A stretch of 64,000 nucleotides of DNA, from NCBI GenBank assembly GCA_022360175.1, contig JAKSDI010000289.1, forward strand, positions 1 through 64,000. The letters run 5' to 3'. The stretch comes from Chitinophagales bacterium. Its GTDB lineage: Bacteria > Bacteroidota > Bacteroidia > Chitinophagales > Saprospiraceae. The notes beneath the pieces were generated by a model. The model was not told the DNA's origin, ran no database searches, and saw nothing but the letters and a program-made list of their open reading frames with translations. The position numbers and the translations under genes were made by a program. Below are positions 1-9,845 of the stretch, in pieces (position 1 is the first letter of the stretch; each line of letters starts with the position of its first letter).

Positions 1-236
1 ATGCCTTAGCTATTAAAGCAGAACCTGCCTACTCAAATCATTTTGCATCTGCACTAGGTATATTCTCCATCGTACTCTTTATACAGGTGATCATCATGTT
101 GTTTGGGCCTCGATCCTGGTCTTCACCGGGAGCATTATTTTTGCAGGCTTCTGCACAGAAGGTAGTAGTATATGCGGAAATGACCTGCATGCTTTACCAA
201 TCTTACGGGGCATTGCGGTATATCAATAGGATGTAA
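1..236 (+). CDS. 3' end of a membrane protein (partial, start lies outside the window)
   Basis: Frame beginning at position 3 reads an open, hydrophobic C-terminus (...GIFSIVLFIQVIIMLFGP...YINRM) and ends at TAA 234-236. No family could be assigned. Confidence 0.3.
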   Translation, partial: ALAIKAEPAYSNHFASALGIFSIVLFIQVIIMLFGPRSWSSPGALFLQASAQKVVVYAEMTCMLYQSYGALRYINRM

Positions 237-245
237 GTGAATAAC

Positions 246-1523
246 TTATTGTAAATCTTTAATATTTTTTCTGGCTTCTTCTACTTTTTTACTATCGGGG
301 TATATCTCTATAAATTTTTGATAGGCACCTATCGTATTTTGCTCTTGTGCTTTTTGCCATGCCTTGTCTTCCGTAGATGTTGAAGGCTTACTTTTATTTG
401 GACCGTCCAGCTCAGAAGGGCTCATCGGGTTTTCCTTATTTTCTTTTGAAGGGTTCTGGTCAATGCCAGTCTGGAATGGTAAACCTACAAAAAGGGCAAC
501 TCCTACTGCCAACACGACTGTGGCAGCTATAGACATACGCCTGATGCGAGCCCCTGTATTGTGCTTTGGTTTTGGCGCTGCGGGCGGAACAGCTCGAGGA
601 GTTGGAGTATAATTTTCTATTACATCCTGAATAAAAGGACCACCACTATTCGCAACACTCTCTGCCTGAGTAATGGACGGCTCAGGTTCCACCCCAGGCT
701 CTACAGGAAGAGCAGATGTTCCAGCATCAAATGCAAGGCTAATCCCGGAAGCGGCAAATTCAGCAGGCACCTTTTCTTCTGCAGCTGCTACAATTTGAAT
801 CATCTCCTCCCAGCTTATATTGCGCAAACGCTCTATACCATCAATCAGCTCTACTACCGATAACTTTAATAACAGCTTAAAAGCTCCTTCCCGCAAAGGA
901 GTCACAAAGAATTTCCACTCGGTATATTCTCCTTCCTGTAAGAACTGTTCTTCATCTGAATAAGAACGGATGGAAAAAGCCGCTTCAGAATTAGGATCAA
1001 TCAACTCTGCCTGCATCACTTTAGATATCCTTACCTCTTTTACTTCTACTTCTTCCGTTATCTCCAGATCATTGGCAATAACAGCTCGCTCATAGGCCAA
1101 ACGAATGATGCACTCTTCCTCTCTCCCTATTGACATCTGACGGGGTATCTTATGTAAGAGCGCTCCTCTTCCTGGCTGATTGGGTGATGTACCAAAGGAT
1201 ATACCTCCTTCTTGGTTAGCTTCAAAATCCTCTATTTCCAATTCATCAACAAAGAGAAGCAAGTCATAACGCAATTTATTGTACAACAACTGCAATTGCT
1301 CATTTGACAACACTCCCATTATATTTTTCTGGTTGGCTTCATTCAAGCGCCCTTTTAATGCCAGCAAGATATTGTGCTTTTCTGCTGCTTCTGGCATATA
1401 CTCTTCTATAGCAGTGATTGCCTTTGTCATACTCTCTGTGACCAGAGTGCGCCATTCATCTTTTAAGTGTTGTAGTTTTTCTTCGCTTAACATTTGTTGA
1501 ATACGGTGTCTTTGAAAACTCAA
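246..1523 (-). CDS. Single-pass membrane protein partnered with the ROCO GTPase: cytoplasmic alpha-helical N-terminal region, Pro-rich linker, one TM helix, short periplasmic TPR-like tail (YbgF/CpoB-like AYQKFIEIYPDS..A...L motif)
   Basis: 425-aa ORF lying 29 bp downstream of the ROCO gene on the same strand. One TM segment (SIAATVVLAVGVALFVGLPF). The C-terminal tail carries a TPR-like motif. The N-terminal roughly 100 aa are helical and charged. Confidence 0.6.
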   Translation of the reverse strand: MSFQRHRIQQMLSEEKLQHLKDEWRTLVTESMTKAITAIEEYMPEAAEKHNILLALKGRLNEANQKNIMGVLSNEQLQLLYNKLRYDLLLFVDELEIEDFEANQEGGISFGTSPNQPGRGALLHKIPRQMSIGREEECIIRLAYERAVIANDLEITEEVEVKEVRISKVMQAELIDPNSEAAFSIRSYSDEEQFLQEGEYTEWKFFVTPLREGAFKLLLKLSVVELIDGIERLRNISWEEMIQIVAAAEEKVPAEFAASGISLAFDAGTSALPVEPGVEPEPSITQAESVANSGGPFIQDVIENYTPTPRAVPPAAPKPKHNTGARIRRMSIAATVVLAVGVALFVGLPFQTGIDQNPSKENKENPMSPSELDGPNKSKPSTSTEDKAWQKAQEQNTIGAYQKFIEIYPDSKKVEEARKNIKDLQ

Positions 1524-1552
1524 TATACGAAATGGTAATAATTAAACGCCAA

Positions 1553-4315
1553 TCATTTACTATTGCCTTTTTCACGTAAAAAACGTTTAAAATCTGACCA
1601 TACCTCTTTCATATCATACTCTACTTCATAAGCAGCAAAGTATAAATCCAGCTTCAGTTTTAATTTATGCTTGGGGCTATAAGTTTTGGATACCTCTAAT
1701 GCCTCCTGCATCTTTACGGCTTCAGCTTCAGAAAGTTGCTCTGAGAGATTTTCAAGTGCTGCGTCGAGTTTTTCCATCCAGTTCTGTAGCTCTTTCTCTG
1801 AAAAAGTGACCGACTCCAAATGCTCCTTTATTTCCTGATATTCTCCTCGAAACTGATCGGAGATGCGAGCTTCAAAATCAGAAATGGCCTTACGTGTTTT
1901 ATTGTGCTCTCTGGTTATTTTTTGCTTGACAGATTTATAACCATCCAACAACTCTTTGGCATATTCAGGCATGTATTCTTCCTTTTCATAAATCCCCTCC
2001 AGCAAAGCTCTTACTGATATATCTTCCAGGGAATTGTCGCATACATCTGAAGGCCTGCCCCGCTCATGAAATTTAACCAGTCGGGAATAATCAAAGAAAT
2101 AAGGCTCTGGCTCTTGTCGACATTCATCACAAATGCAGGGTATTTTTTGGGAAAATTGTACATTAGGAAACCATTTCTGATGGATGGATTCTATTTCATT
2201 CCGTACCCAACGCAAGACGAATTTCTTTTCCATAGTGCGCCCCATTATTTCTATTTCTATACTTTGCTTTGGGAAACCCTCTTCTATCACCTGCGCACGA
2301 CAATCATCCTTTTCCAATACAACGCCCTTTTCCCAAACCAAGCCAGGATGTTCTCCCTTATGGCCAGCTATGGATTCATTCAGGCGTACAATTAGGCGGG
2401 TGATGACGCCTTTCGGCAAAAAGTGATACTGATAGCGAAACTTGAGGCTCTGAGTATTATCCCAATCATAATCAGGGCGAATATTGTCTAAAAGCTGGGG
2501 AGCAATGTATTTATGTTTGCTGATCGCATAACAAATTTCAAAGTTTTCCTTCATCATCATGCTAAGCAACATAGCCCGCTCTTTCCGACTGTAGGCATTC
2601 CACAATTCGTCTACTTTCTCTTTTGTAAATACGCCTTGCGCCTCTTTGACTGTTTTATCTTCCAAAATGCAATAAACCGCATCTACTGCCCATTGTGGAT
2701 TGAGAATCACAAAATCCTGCAAAGTCGTTTCATTCTGAAAATGCAAAATACTGCCCAGTTTATGCAAATAGCTACTAAGTAATAATTGATCTTGCTCTCT
2801 CTCTATGCTGTGCTTTTTGCAAACATCAAAAAAATGCTGTTCTGGTATATGGTTGTGCTCTTTTGCCAATTCCCGCAAATCTGCCCGAATGGCTTTCCAT
2901 TTTTTAGGCAACTCATAACCTACATGGGGTAATTGACACAGCATTTCCTGCACCTTCTCTTTTAGGTGATAATACCTTTTATCCACTTTTGATAAATCTA
3001 CTTCCAGTACTTCCAGCCTGGTATTCGGATATGTCTTTTTAAAATATTTATGATCATAATTCGAAATAGATTGATGTTTATTTTCATTTAGCACCACTAG
3101 TATTGGGCTTTGTATATATCCTTCTTTCCCCAGTAAATGTACTGCCTCAAACCAATAAGGGAAATTAGTATGCTGCTTACGATCATCTGCTACCAGCACA
3201 TATAATGCACTGGGTGTAAGGAAGAACTGGTGGGTCATATACTGAATTTCCTGGCCACCAAAATCCCAGAGGTTAGCAGAGAAGTTTTTTTCTTTATCAT
3301 CCAGCATCTCAAATGTCCAGCCTTCATAAACATTAATACCTAAAGTAGAGACTTCAGCTTCTGAACTTGGATTTGGGACAGGATAAGTTTCATCTATTAA
3401 TTTTTTCATCAAGGAAGTCTTTCCTGCTCCTGGCTCCCCTACAATGATCAATTTAGCTTCCATCAGTGGCTCTGTACCCTGTTCTTCCTGCTGGCGGAAG
3501 TAGGCAAGGATAGCGTCTTTCCCTTGTACTATAATTTCATTGGGAGGATTTTGAATAGGATTTCCATGTAAATTGATAGAATTTGAACCATATGAGGTCC
3601 ATTTAACAGGTACTCCTTTTTCAAGTAACCTTTTAATAGGAAGTAAATCTTTAATCTTATTAGAGCGAATATCTAAGTGCCTTAGATCATTCAAGTGTTC
3701 CACAAAGCTTATATCACTAATTTTATTAGCGTTGAGATACAATTTTTGCAACTTATTCCCCAAGCGCATATTACTAATTTGGTTAGAATTTAAGTTGAGT
3801 ATCTCTAAAAATTTTAGACTTCCTAAAAAACATTTATCCCTAATTCGATTAAAACTGAGATCTAGATTCTTTAAATTAGTTAAATATTCCAAAAAACGAA
3901 TATTACTTATTTCGTTAGAGTTTAAATCCAAGCCTTGGAGATACACTAGATGCTTTAAAGAACTAATATCGCTGATTTTATTGTAACTAAGATCCAAATA
4001 TTGCAGTCCTCTTAAATGTTTTAAAAAATCTACATTGCTAATCTCATTGGAGCTCAAATAAAGTGTGGTTAATGGTAATTCTTCCAATCGATATAAACCT
4101 GTTTTATTACTTCCCAATTTATTTTTACCTTCTTCGTTACTTAGCCGGTACATATCCCTGTAGAAAAAAACATCCCCCAAATTCAGCCCTTCCAAATGCT
4201 CCAGTTCAAATAAAGAATCTGGCAGTTCGGTCAGTCCTAAATTTCCCAAATCCAAAAAAGGGGCTTTGCTTTTTTTGTTTTCGGCAATGAGGGCTTCAGC
4301 TTTTTTGAGGCTCAT
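1553..4315 (-). CDS. ROCO-family signalling protein: N-terminal leucine-rich repeats, Roc (Ras-of-complex) GTPase, COR domain, C-terminal coiled-coil region
   Basis: At least 8 LRR units (LxxLxLxxNxIsdI). Walker A GEPGAGKTSL and DFGGQE switch II follow a pre-Roc 'NPPxEII.QGxxAIxxYF' segment. A long COR-like region is followed by an E/K-rich C-terminus. Confidence 0.85.
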   Translation of the reverse strand: MSLKKAEALIAENKKSKAPFLDLGNLGLTELPDSLFELEHLEGLNLGDVFFYRDMYRLSNEEGKNKLGSNKTGLYRLEELPLTTLYLSSNEISNVDFLKHLRGLQYLDLSYNKISDISSLKHLVYLQGLDLNSNEISNIRFLEYLTNLKNLDLSFNRIRDKCFLGSLKFLEILNLNSNQISNMRLGNKLQKLYLNANKISDISFVEHLNDLRHLDIRSNKIKDLLPIKRLLEKGVPVKWTSYGSNSINLHGNPIQNPPNEIIVQGKDAILAYFRQQEEQGTEPLMEAKLIIVGEPGAGKTSLMKKLIDETYPVPNPSSEAEVSTLGINVYEGWTFEMLDDKEKNFSANLWDFGGQEIQYMTHQFFLTPSALYVLVADDRKQHTNFPYWFEAVHLLGKEGYIQSPILVVLNENKHQSISNYDHKYFKKTYPNTRLEVLEVDLSKVDKRYYHLKEKVQEMLCQLPHVGYELPKKWKAIRADLRELAKEHNHIPEQHFFDVCKKHSIEREQDQLLLSSYLHKLGSILHFQNETTLQDFVILNPQWAVDAVYCILEDKTVKEAQGVFTKEKVDELWNAYSRKERAMLLSMMMKENFEICYAISKHKYIAPQLLDNIRPDYDWDNTQSLKFRYQYHFLPKGVITRLIVRLNESIAGHKGEHPGLVWEKGVVLEKDDCRAQVIEEGFPKQSIEIEIMGRTMEKKFVLRWVRNEIESIHQKWFPNVQFSQKIPCICDECRQEPEPYFFDYSRLVKFHERGRPSDVCDNSLEDISVRALLEGIYEKEEYMPEYAKELLDGYKSVKQKITREHNKTRKAISDFEARISDQFRGEYQEIKEHLESVTFSEKELQNWMEKLDAALENLSEQLSEAEAVKMQEALEVSKTYSPKHKLKLKLDLYFAAYEVEYDMKEVWSDFKRFLREKGNSK

Positions 4316-4541
4316 AGTATGGGGTGTTGATGAAAAAATAAGGGGTTTGTATTATTTTTGAATTGATCAGAAATATACGTTTTTTCTCTTTTCCTGCCTA
4401 TATGTAAAGGCTAATTTGAGAGGACAATGTTTTGATAATTCTTTCCCCCTTCTTTATCCCCCGCATGCTGTCGCTGCAGCTTTATCGTAGGCGCCCAGCG
4501 GCTACCATATGCAGTGGCCGTTTTAAAGATTACAATGTCAG

Positions 4542-4637
4542 GCTTTAAAGCTGGGCGGCAGTGGGAAACCGCGGCCCAGCTAATTCATGCTGAGGTGCAG
4601 TTTGCCACTGCCCCTCAGCTTTATCCAACTTCAGTGA
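4542..4637. repeat. Copy 1 of a roughly 95-bp hairpin-rich intergenic repeat (family C)
   Basis: Direct repeat of 4903-4999 at about 85% identity. It contains two predicted hairpins: gctgggcgg...ccgcggcccagc and ctgaggtgcagt...actgcccctcag. Confidence 0.7.
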
Positions 4638-4902
4638 TTTTAGATTACTTGTAAGCAAGAGATTTGATAATTCAGAATTTATTTAACGGTACTTAGTGCT
4701 TTGTTAATACTGAAATGATGGGCAGAAACTTCGTAGAAATCAATACTCTAACCGACCCCCTGGTGTCAAACATAGGGCATCGCGGAAACATTCCGCGACG
4801 AACGGGGATTCACCAACGAATTTTTATTGCTTCCTGTTTGCTTTCCCGATATACAGTGTTGAAAAGCCTCGCCATAGTTTTAAACTATGCCTATGTTTTT
4901 GC

Positions 4903-4999
4903 CTTGTTTAAGCTGGCAGCAGTGGTAAACCACTGCCCAGCTAATTCATGCTGAGGTGCAGTTTGCCACTGCCCCTCAGCTTAACCCATCTTCAGTAAA
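4903..4999. repeat. Copy 2 of the family C repeat
   Basis: Shares the core 'cccagctaattcatgctgaggtgcagtttgccactgcccctcagct' with copy 1. Hairpin 1 differs from copy 1 but stays base-paired (gctggcagcagtgg/ccactgcccagc). Confidence 0.7.
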
Positions 5000-5088
5000 A
5001 CTGAAACTTGTCACTCTATCTCCACAATTTCTTTTACAGTATAACTTTTTGTTACCTCATCTTCTAAAATGCCTTATATTTGCAGCCT

Positions 5089-6879
5089 ATGAAGAATATT
5101 AGAAACTTTTGTGTAATCGCTCATATCGATCATGGGAAGAGTACCCTCTCGGATCGCCTATTGGAATTTACCAAAACAATAGAGGAGCGGCAGATGCAGG
5201 CCCAGGCATTAGATGATATGGACCTGGAGCGGGAAAGAGGTATTACTATTAAAAGTCACGCCATCCAGATGTACTATGATCATGAGGATGGTGAACAATA
5301 TACGTTCAACCTGATTGATACTCCTGGCCACGTGGATTTTTCTTATGAAGTATCCCGATCTATTGCGGCTTGTGAAGGAGCACTATTATTGGTAGATGCA
5401 ACTCAGGGTATACAGGCACAGACCATTTCCAATCTATACCTCGCTATTGATCACGACCTGGAAATCATTCCTATCCTGAATAAAATCGACATGGATAGTG
5501 CCATGATTGATGAAGTGTCAGAGCAAGTGATGGACCTGATTGGTTGTGATTTGGATGATATCATCCTGGCTAGTGGTAAAACAGGGCAAGGGGTTCCTGA
5601 TATCATGACTGCAATTGTAGATCGTATCCCTGCTCCAGAAGGTGATCCGGAAGCGCCATTACAAACGCTGATTTTTGACTCTATGTTTAATCCATATCGT
5701 GGAGTGGTTGCTTATTTTAGAATTATGAATGGCACGCTTCGCAAGGGGGATTCGGTTCGCTTTGTGAATACAGGCAAAGAGTATAATGCTGATGAAATAG
5801 GTGTCTTGCGCCATACGCAAGAACCACAGAAAGTATTGGCAGCCGGTAATGTAGGTTATATCATCACAGGGATTAAGGAGTCGAAAGAGATTAAAGTAGG
5901 TGATACCATTACGCATAAAGAACGTCCTTGTCAAGAAGCTATCAAAGGATTTGAAGATGTAAAGCCGATGGTCTTTGCGGGTATCTTTCCTCTGGATAAT
6001 GATGACTTTGAGGATCTGCGTGACAGTTTGGAAAAGTTGCAACTCAATGATGCTTCTTTAACTTTTGAGCCAGAGACATCCGCTGCACTTGGATTTGGAT
6101 TCCGCTGCGGATTCCTTGGTATGCTGCATTTGGAAATTGTACAGGAGCGCCTTTTCCGTGAGTTTAATCAGGATGTAATCACTACGGTACCTAACGTATC
6201 TTATATAGCTCAGAATACGAAAGGTGAGACTTTTACTGTACGTACTCCTTCAGAATTACCAGATAACAACCTTTTAAATTACGTTGAAGAGCCTTATATC
6301 CGTGCACAAATCATTACGAAACCTGACTATATAGGTACCATTATGACGCTATGCATGGAGAAAAGAGGTACCCTCACCAAACAGGTATATCTGACCACAG
6401 ACCGAGTAGAACTGACTTTCGATATGCCTCTGGCAGAGATCGTCTTTGATTTTTATGACCGCTTAAAATCACTCTCACGTGGTTATGCTTCTTTCGATTA
6501 TCAGCCATTGGATTATCGTAAATCTGACCTGGTAAAAATGGATATCAAGCTAAATGGTGAGAATGTAGATGCCCTTTCAGCCCTTGTACACCGAACCAAA
6601 GCAGAAGCTTTCGGCCGAAAGATTTGCAAAAAGCTCAAAGAGTTATTACATCGCCAGCAATTTATGATTGCGATTCAGGCCGCTGTAGGCGCTAAAGTGA
6701 TTGCCAGAGAAACCCTTTCTGCTCTCCGTAAGGATGTAACTGCAAAATGTTATGGCGGTGATATTACCCGTAAGCGTAAACTTCTTGAGAAACAGAAAGC
6801 TGGTAAGCGCAAGATGAGGCAGTTTGGTAAGGTGGAAGTACCACAAAAGGCATTTTTGGATGTATTGAAGTTGGATTAA
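5089..6879 (+). CDS. lepA: Translation elongation factor 4 (LepA/EF4)
   Basis: N-terminus [30 protein letters not shown] and NKID motifs, and a LepA-specific C-terminal domain. I placed the start at the 4th Met (MKNIRNF), which is the conserved start. Confidence 0.95.
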   Translation: MKNIRNFCVIAHIDHGKSTLSDRLLEFTKTIEERQMQAQALDDMDLERERGITIKSHAIQMYYDHEDGEQYTFNLIDTPGHVDFSYEVSRSIAACEGALLLVDATQGIQAQTISNLYLAIDHDLEIIPILNKIDMDSAMIDEVSEQVMDLIGCDLDDIILASGKTGQGVPDIMTAIVDRIPAPEGDPEAPLQTLIFDSMFNPYRGVVAYFRIMNGTLRKGDSVRFVNTGKEYNADEIGVLRHTQEPQKVLAAGNVGYIITGIKESKEIKVGDTITHKERPCQEAIKGFEDVKPMVFAGIFPLDNDDFEDLRDSLEKLQLNDASLTFEPETSAALGFGFRCGFLGMLHLEIVQERLFREFNQDVITTVPNVSYIAQNTKGETFTVRTPSELPDNNLLNYVEEPYIRAQIITKPDYIGTIMTLCMEKRGTLTKQVYLTTDRVELTFDMPLAEIVFDFYDRLKSLSRGYASFDYQPLDYRKSDLVKMDIKLNGENVDALSALVHRTKAEAFGRKICKKLKELLHRQQFMIAIQAAVGAKVIARETLSALRKDVTAKCYGGDITRKRKLLEKQKAGKRKMRQFGKVEVPQKAFLDVLKLD

Positions 6880-7033
6880 GAAGTTTTATGTAGTTATATG
6901 GCTAGTGGTTGATGTGGGCAGAAAGACATATAGTTATGTGGGCATATAGCTTAGACTAGAGAATAAGTGGCAAGAATCATCACTTAATCAGATGATATAA
7001 TAAGCAATCCATCTTTTGGATATAAAAAATGGA

Positions 7034-7068
7034 GCCATTCCTGAATGTAGTATTTAGGAATGGCTTTT
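7034..7068 (+). terminator. Rho-independent terminator candidate downstream of lepA
   Basis: 9-bp perfect stem gccattcct/aggaatggc with a 13-nt loop, followed by TTTT. Confidence 0.45.
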
Positions 7069-7687
7069 CCATTTAGGTGTCCATCCTAATAGACCTGAAA
7101 CTAAATAAATAGCATAGGCATACTAGTGCACACCAAACTTGTTGTTGCTTTTTCGTTTGCTTGAAACAAATAGATGTATACGTCTTGTTATATGAACATA
7201 ACAGACAACACAATATGCATCAAGTTAAAATATAAAACCAGCAATATGTGAGAATCCGACCTTATCCTTACTTGCCTGAGCAGAAGGTATTTCGTTCATG
7301 GAATAAGATAAGTAATAATAGCGTGGGGTTTTGCGTGTTTTGGGATACTTGCTGGATTAACTAGGGTTGCTTTCTTCCAGCTAGATGGGGTTTTGTAGGT
7401 AGTTCCCGGATTTTCCGGAAGGAGGAATAATGTAATGTAGCTATGATTAATAGTAACGGCTACGACTACGCTGTGATGCCATATTTGACATAAACACCAG
7501 CCCTCCACCAATGACGAATGCACCTGTGGCGATGTACAAAATCAACATAAGCCGATAAGTGTTTTGAATGGTGAATAAAAATGGTTTTCTCTATGTTTGT
7601 ATGATGTTCATGAGGGCAGTGCTAAAATGGGAATTTTTTTCTTTGTTACATAATATTTAAGAAAAAAAATTACATTCCTTTTGTTTT

Positions 7688-8473
7688 TTATACTTCTCCG
7701 TTTAAATATAGTAGCTCTACGGTAGGCTTTTGGCTCCCACCTGCTGGTTCTAATGTCAGGTTATAACTTTCAGCATGTTCAATAAACTCGACTTCCTGAA
7801 AATCATCCATACTATAATCGATAACTCCCATGTTGATCATCTCTCCTTCTACATCAGCCCAGAGTTGGTAAGTTTTTCCAGAGGGAGGTGTAGGAAGTTG
7901 AGTAAGGTTTAGCAGTACCTTACTAGCTACAGGATTATGGTAAGCAATTGCTGTAGCATCAGGAGCTAATTGGCTCCCTTTTAATTCAATGGGACGAGTG
8001 GCACTATGCTGAAGTAGTGCATAAATTTTTCCCTGGCTGTCAAGTTCAGATTTTTGATTTTCACAATCTGCTCTAAAAGCAGCAAAAGCAACCGCCATTT
8101 TTTCCAGTTTATGTTCCGTCTTTAGTTTTCCTTTATAAGCGATGAAAGTAAAGGCAGCGAGAACGGCTATCAGTGTCCACAGTAGAATACTACTCTTACG
8201 GCTAGGTGCTACCCTGGTAATATATTGAGCAGGCTGGGGTTTATGATTTTCCTCATCAGTAGCATGCGCTACTTTTGATTTTAATTCTTCTGGAGGAAGT
8301 GAAAGGTACTGCATAACATAATCATCCAGTTCACTCCGCATATTTTCAATTTCCTGGGCTATTTCAGGAAATGTCATAGCATACTTTTCTACTTTAGCGG
8401 TCTGCTCTTCATCGGTCAAACCTAATATATACTGCTCTATAAGCCCAGATTGCAAAAACTTTTCTTTATCCAT
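7688..8473 (-). CDS. Anti-sigma factor, RskA-like (zinc-finger-less N-terminal anti-sigma domain, one TM, C-terminal anti-sigma-K domain)
   Basis: N-terminal LIEQYILGLTDEE..A.VE.....PE...E pattern, central TM (ILLWTLIAVLAAFTFIAY), C-terminal KTYQLWADVEGE motif. Confidence 0.7.
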   Translation of the reverse strand: MDKEKFLQSGLIEQYILGLTDEEQTAKVEKYAMTFPEIAQEIENMRSELDDYVMQYLSLPPEELKSKVAHATDEENHKPQPAQYITRVAPSRKSSILLWTLIAVLAAFTFIAYKGKLKTEHKLEKMAVAFAAFRADCENQKSELDSQGKIYALLQHSATRPIELKGSQLAPDATAIAYHNPVASKVLLNLTQLPTPPSGKTYQLWADVEGEMINMGVIDYSMDDFQEVEFIEHAESYNLTLEPAGGSQKPTVELLYLNGEV

Positions 8474-8977
8474 CCTCCTGATTATATGACAATCTTATAG
8501 TTGAATGCCTAACAGACTAATATATGTTTTGTTTAATAGCAGCTATTTTTAATAGTTCTTAAGTTTTTCTTAACATTTTGTCGAGATTTTCTGGATGCTT
8601 GCCGAGGAAAATAGATTACTAGTGTAGAAACCAGCATCATTGTACCGTAACCACCCGACAAAAAGAATGAGTTTCAAAAACATGTATCAATTGCGTCTCG
8701 ATCTTTTAATTTTAAATATTCTGACAGCTTGTACATCCAATTGTAACTTCATTCTCAGATAGTTTCCAAGTAAATTAAAATGATGTTTTTTGCCAAAAGG
8801 CCAAATGAAAACATAGAAGTGATTTGAACACTTATTATGCTGGCTATGCCTTTGCAAAAGGTACTATCACTTCCTACTCTAAACCCCAATTACCAAATGG
8901 GAACGGGCATCAGAAGTAATTCAGTGGGTATATACTCACTTGTACTTCTGTTACCTCTACCCTAAAATACCTTATGA

Positions 8978-9643
8978 ATGCAAGAATTGATTCACTTCGC
9001 TGTAGAACCTTCTAACATTGTGTTTACGACTTTGCTTATTATTATTGGTTTGTACTGGGTGAGTGTTTTATTCGGAGCTATGGATTTAAGCAGTTTTGAC
9101 ATTGAACTAGACACGGAAGTGGATGTGGATGTGGATGTCGATATGGATGCTGACACAGATTTAGAAACGGGTTCCTCTGGAGGCTGGATGCTCAGTGCTC
9201 TACATTTTTTCAACTTTGGCAGAATGCCCTTCATGCTTATAATGAGCACCTTAATATTAAGCCTCTGGGCACTTGAAATTCTAAGCAATTACTATATAGG
9301 AAATGGGCGAATAGATATTATGCTAGCCCTCTTTTTTCCCATATTATTAGTGAGTTTGATCATTACCAAATTGGCCACTACCCCTCTCGTACCTCTATTT
9401 GCCAATATGGAGGGAGGAGTTGGAGCTATTGACTATATCGGGCAGGAATGTGTACTTCGTCTGCCAGCTTCTGCAACAAATATGGGACAAGCATCACTAA
9501 ATGTAAATGACAATCCTATTATCATAAATGTAAAAACTGAAAAAGATGAAACCGTAAGTAAAGGAAGCCGGGCAGTTATTACGCGGGCTGACCCGGAAAA
9601 CAAATTTTTCTATGTGAAAGCGCTAATTGAAGAATTCATTTAA
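8978..9643 (+). CDS. YqiJ/NfeD-like inner membrane protein (partner of flotillin), with an acidic (VD)n repeat
   Basis: Two hydrophobic segments plus a C-terminal OB-fold-like region. It sits immediately upstream of a flotillin gene on the same strand, the YqiJ-YqiK arrangement. The DNA repeat gtggat x3 encodes DVDVDVDVDMD. Confidence 0.6.
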   Translation: MQELIHFAVEPSNIVFTTLLIIIGLYWVSVLFGAMDLSSFDIELDTEVDVDVDVDMDADTDLETGSSGGWMLSALHFFNFGRMPFMLIMSTLILSLWALEILSNYYIGNGRIDIMLALFFPILLVSLIITKLATTPLVPLFANMEGGVGAIDYIGQECVLRLPASATNMGQASLNVNDNPIIINVKTEKDETVSKGSRAVITRADPENKFFYVKALIEEFI

Positions 9644-9845
9644 ACACCCAACAAAACACTTACATACATGCAAACCCTACTAAAGCCTCCCTCTTTTAAT
9701 CGAAATCATATTCTCGTAATGAGTAATAACTCAAAAGCGTTACCTCCACCAGAGCTGCTATCTACGTTATATAGCCGCAAATCGCTAACGCTTTTAAACC
9801 ATCACCAAACAACGCATTCTGTATAACCCCAAAACATAACCAATT

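Noticed and set aside
364-863. Plus-strand ORFs of 82 and 100 aa overlapping the ROCO partner gene
   Set aside because: They are antisense to a longer, coherent ORF. Their composition is Cys/Arg-rich noise.
2066-3986. Plus-strand ORFs of 80-137 aa (2066-2395, 2184-2426, 2513-2782, 3573-3986) inside the ROCO gene
   Set aside because: They are antisense to the strongly supported LRR-Roc-COR CDS. The 3573-3986 ORF is the antisense image of the LRR region, and its Leu/Ile-rich repeats come from that periodicity.
4715-4954. 79-aa ORF on the plus strand in the ROCO/lepA intergenic region
   Set aside because: It lies almost entirely within and between the family C repeat copies and has no recognisable protein features. 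It is more likely a by-product of the structured repeats.
5659-6846. Minus-strand ORFs of 127 and 66 aa inside lepA
   Set aside because: They are antisense to a highly conserved housekeeping gene.
7296-7523. 75-aa minus-strand ORF between lepA and the anti-sigma gene
   Set aside because: No RBS-independent promoter motifs or homology features are evident, and its composition is atypical. It is probably non-coding, with about 0.8 kb of apparently empty sequence around it.
9100-9165. Possible CRISPR-like or minisatellite array (gtggat repeats)
   Set aside because: There are only about 4 imperfect 6-bp units inside a coding region, with no spacers. It is simple codon repetition for a (VD)n tract.
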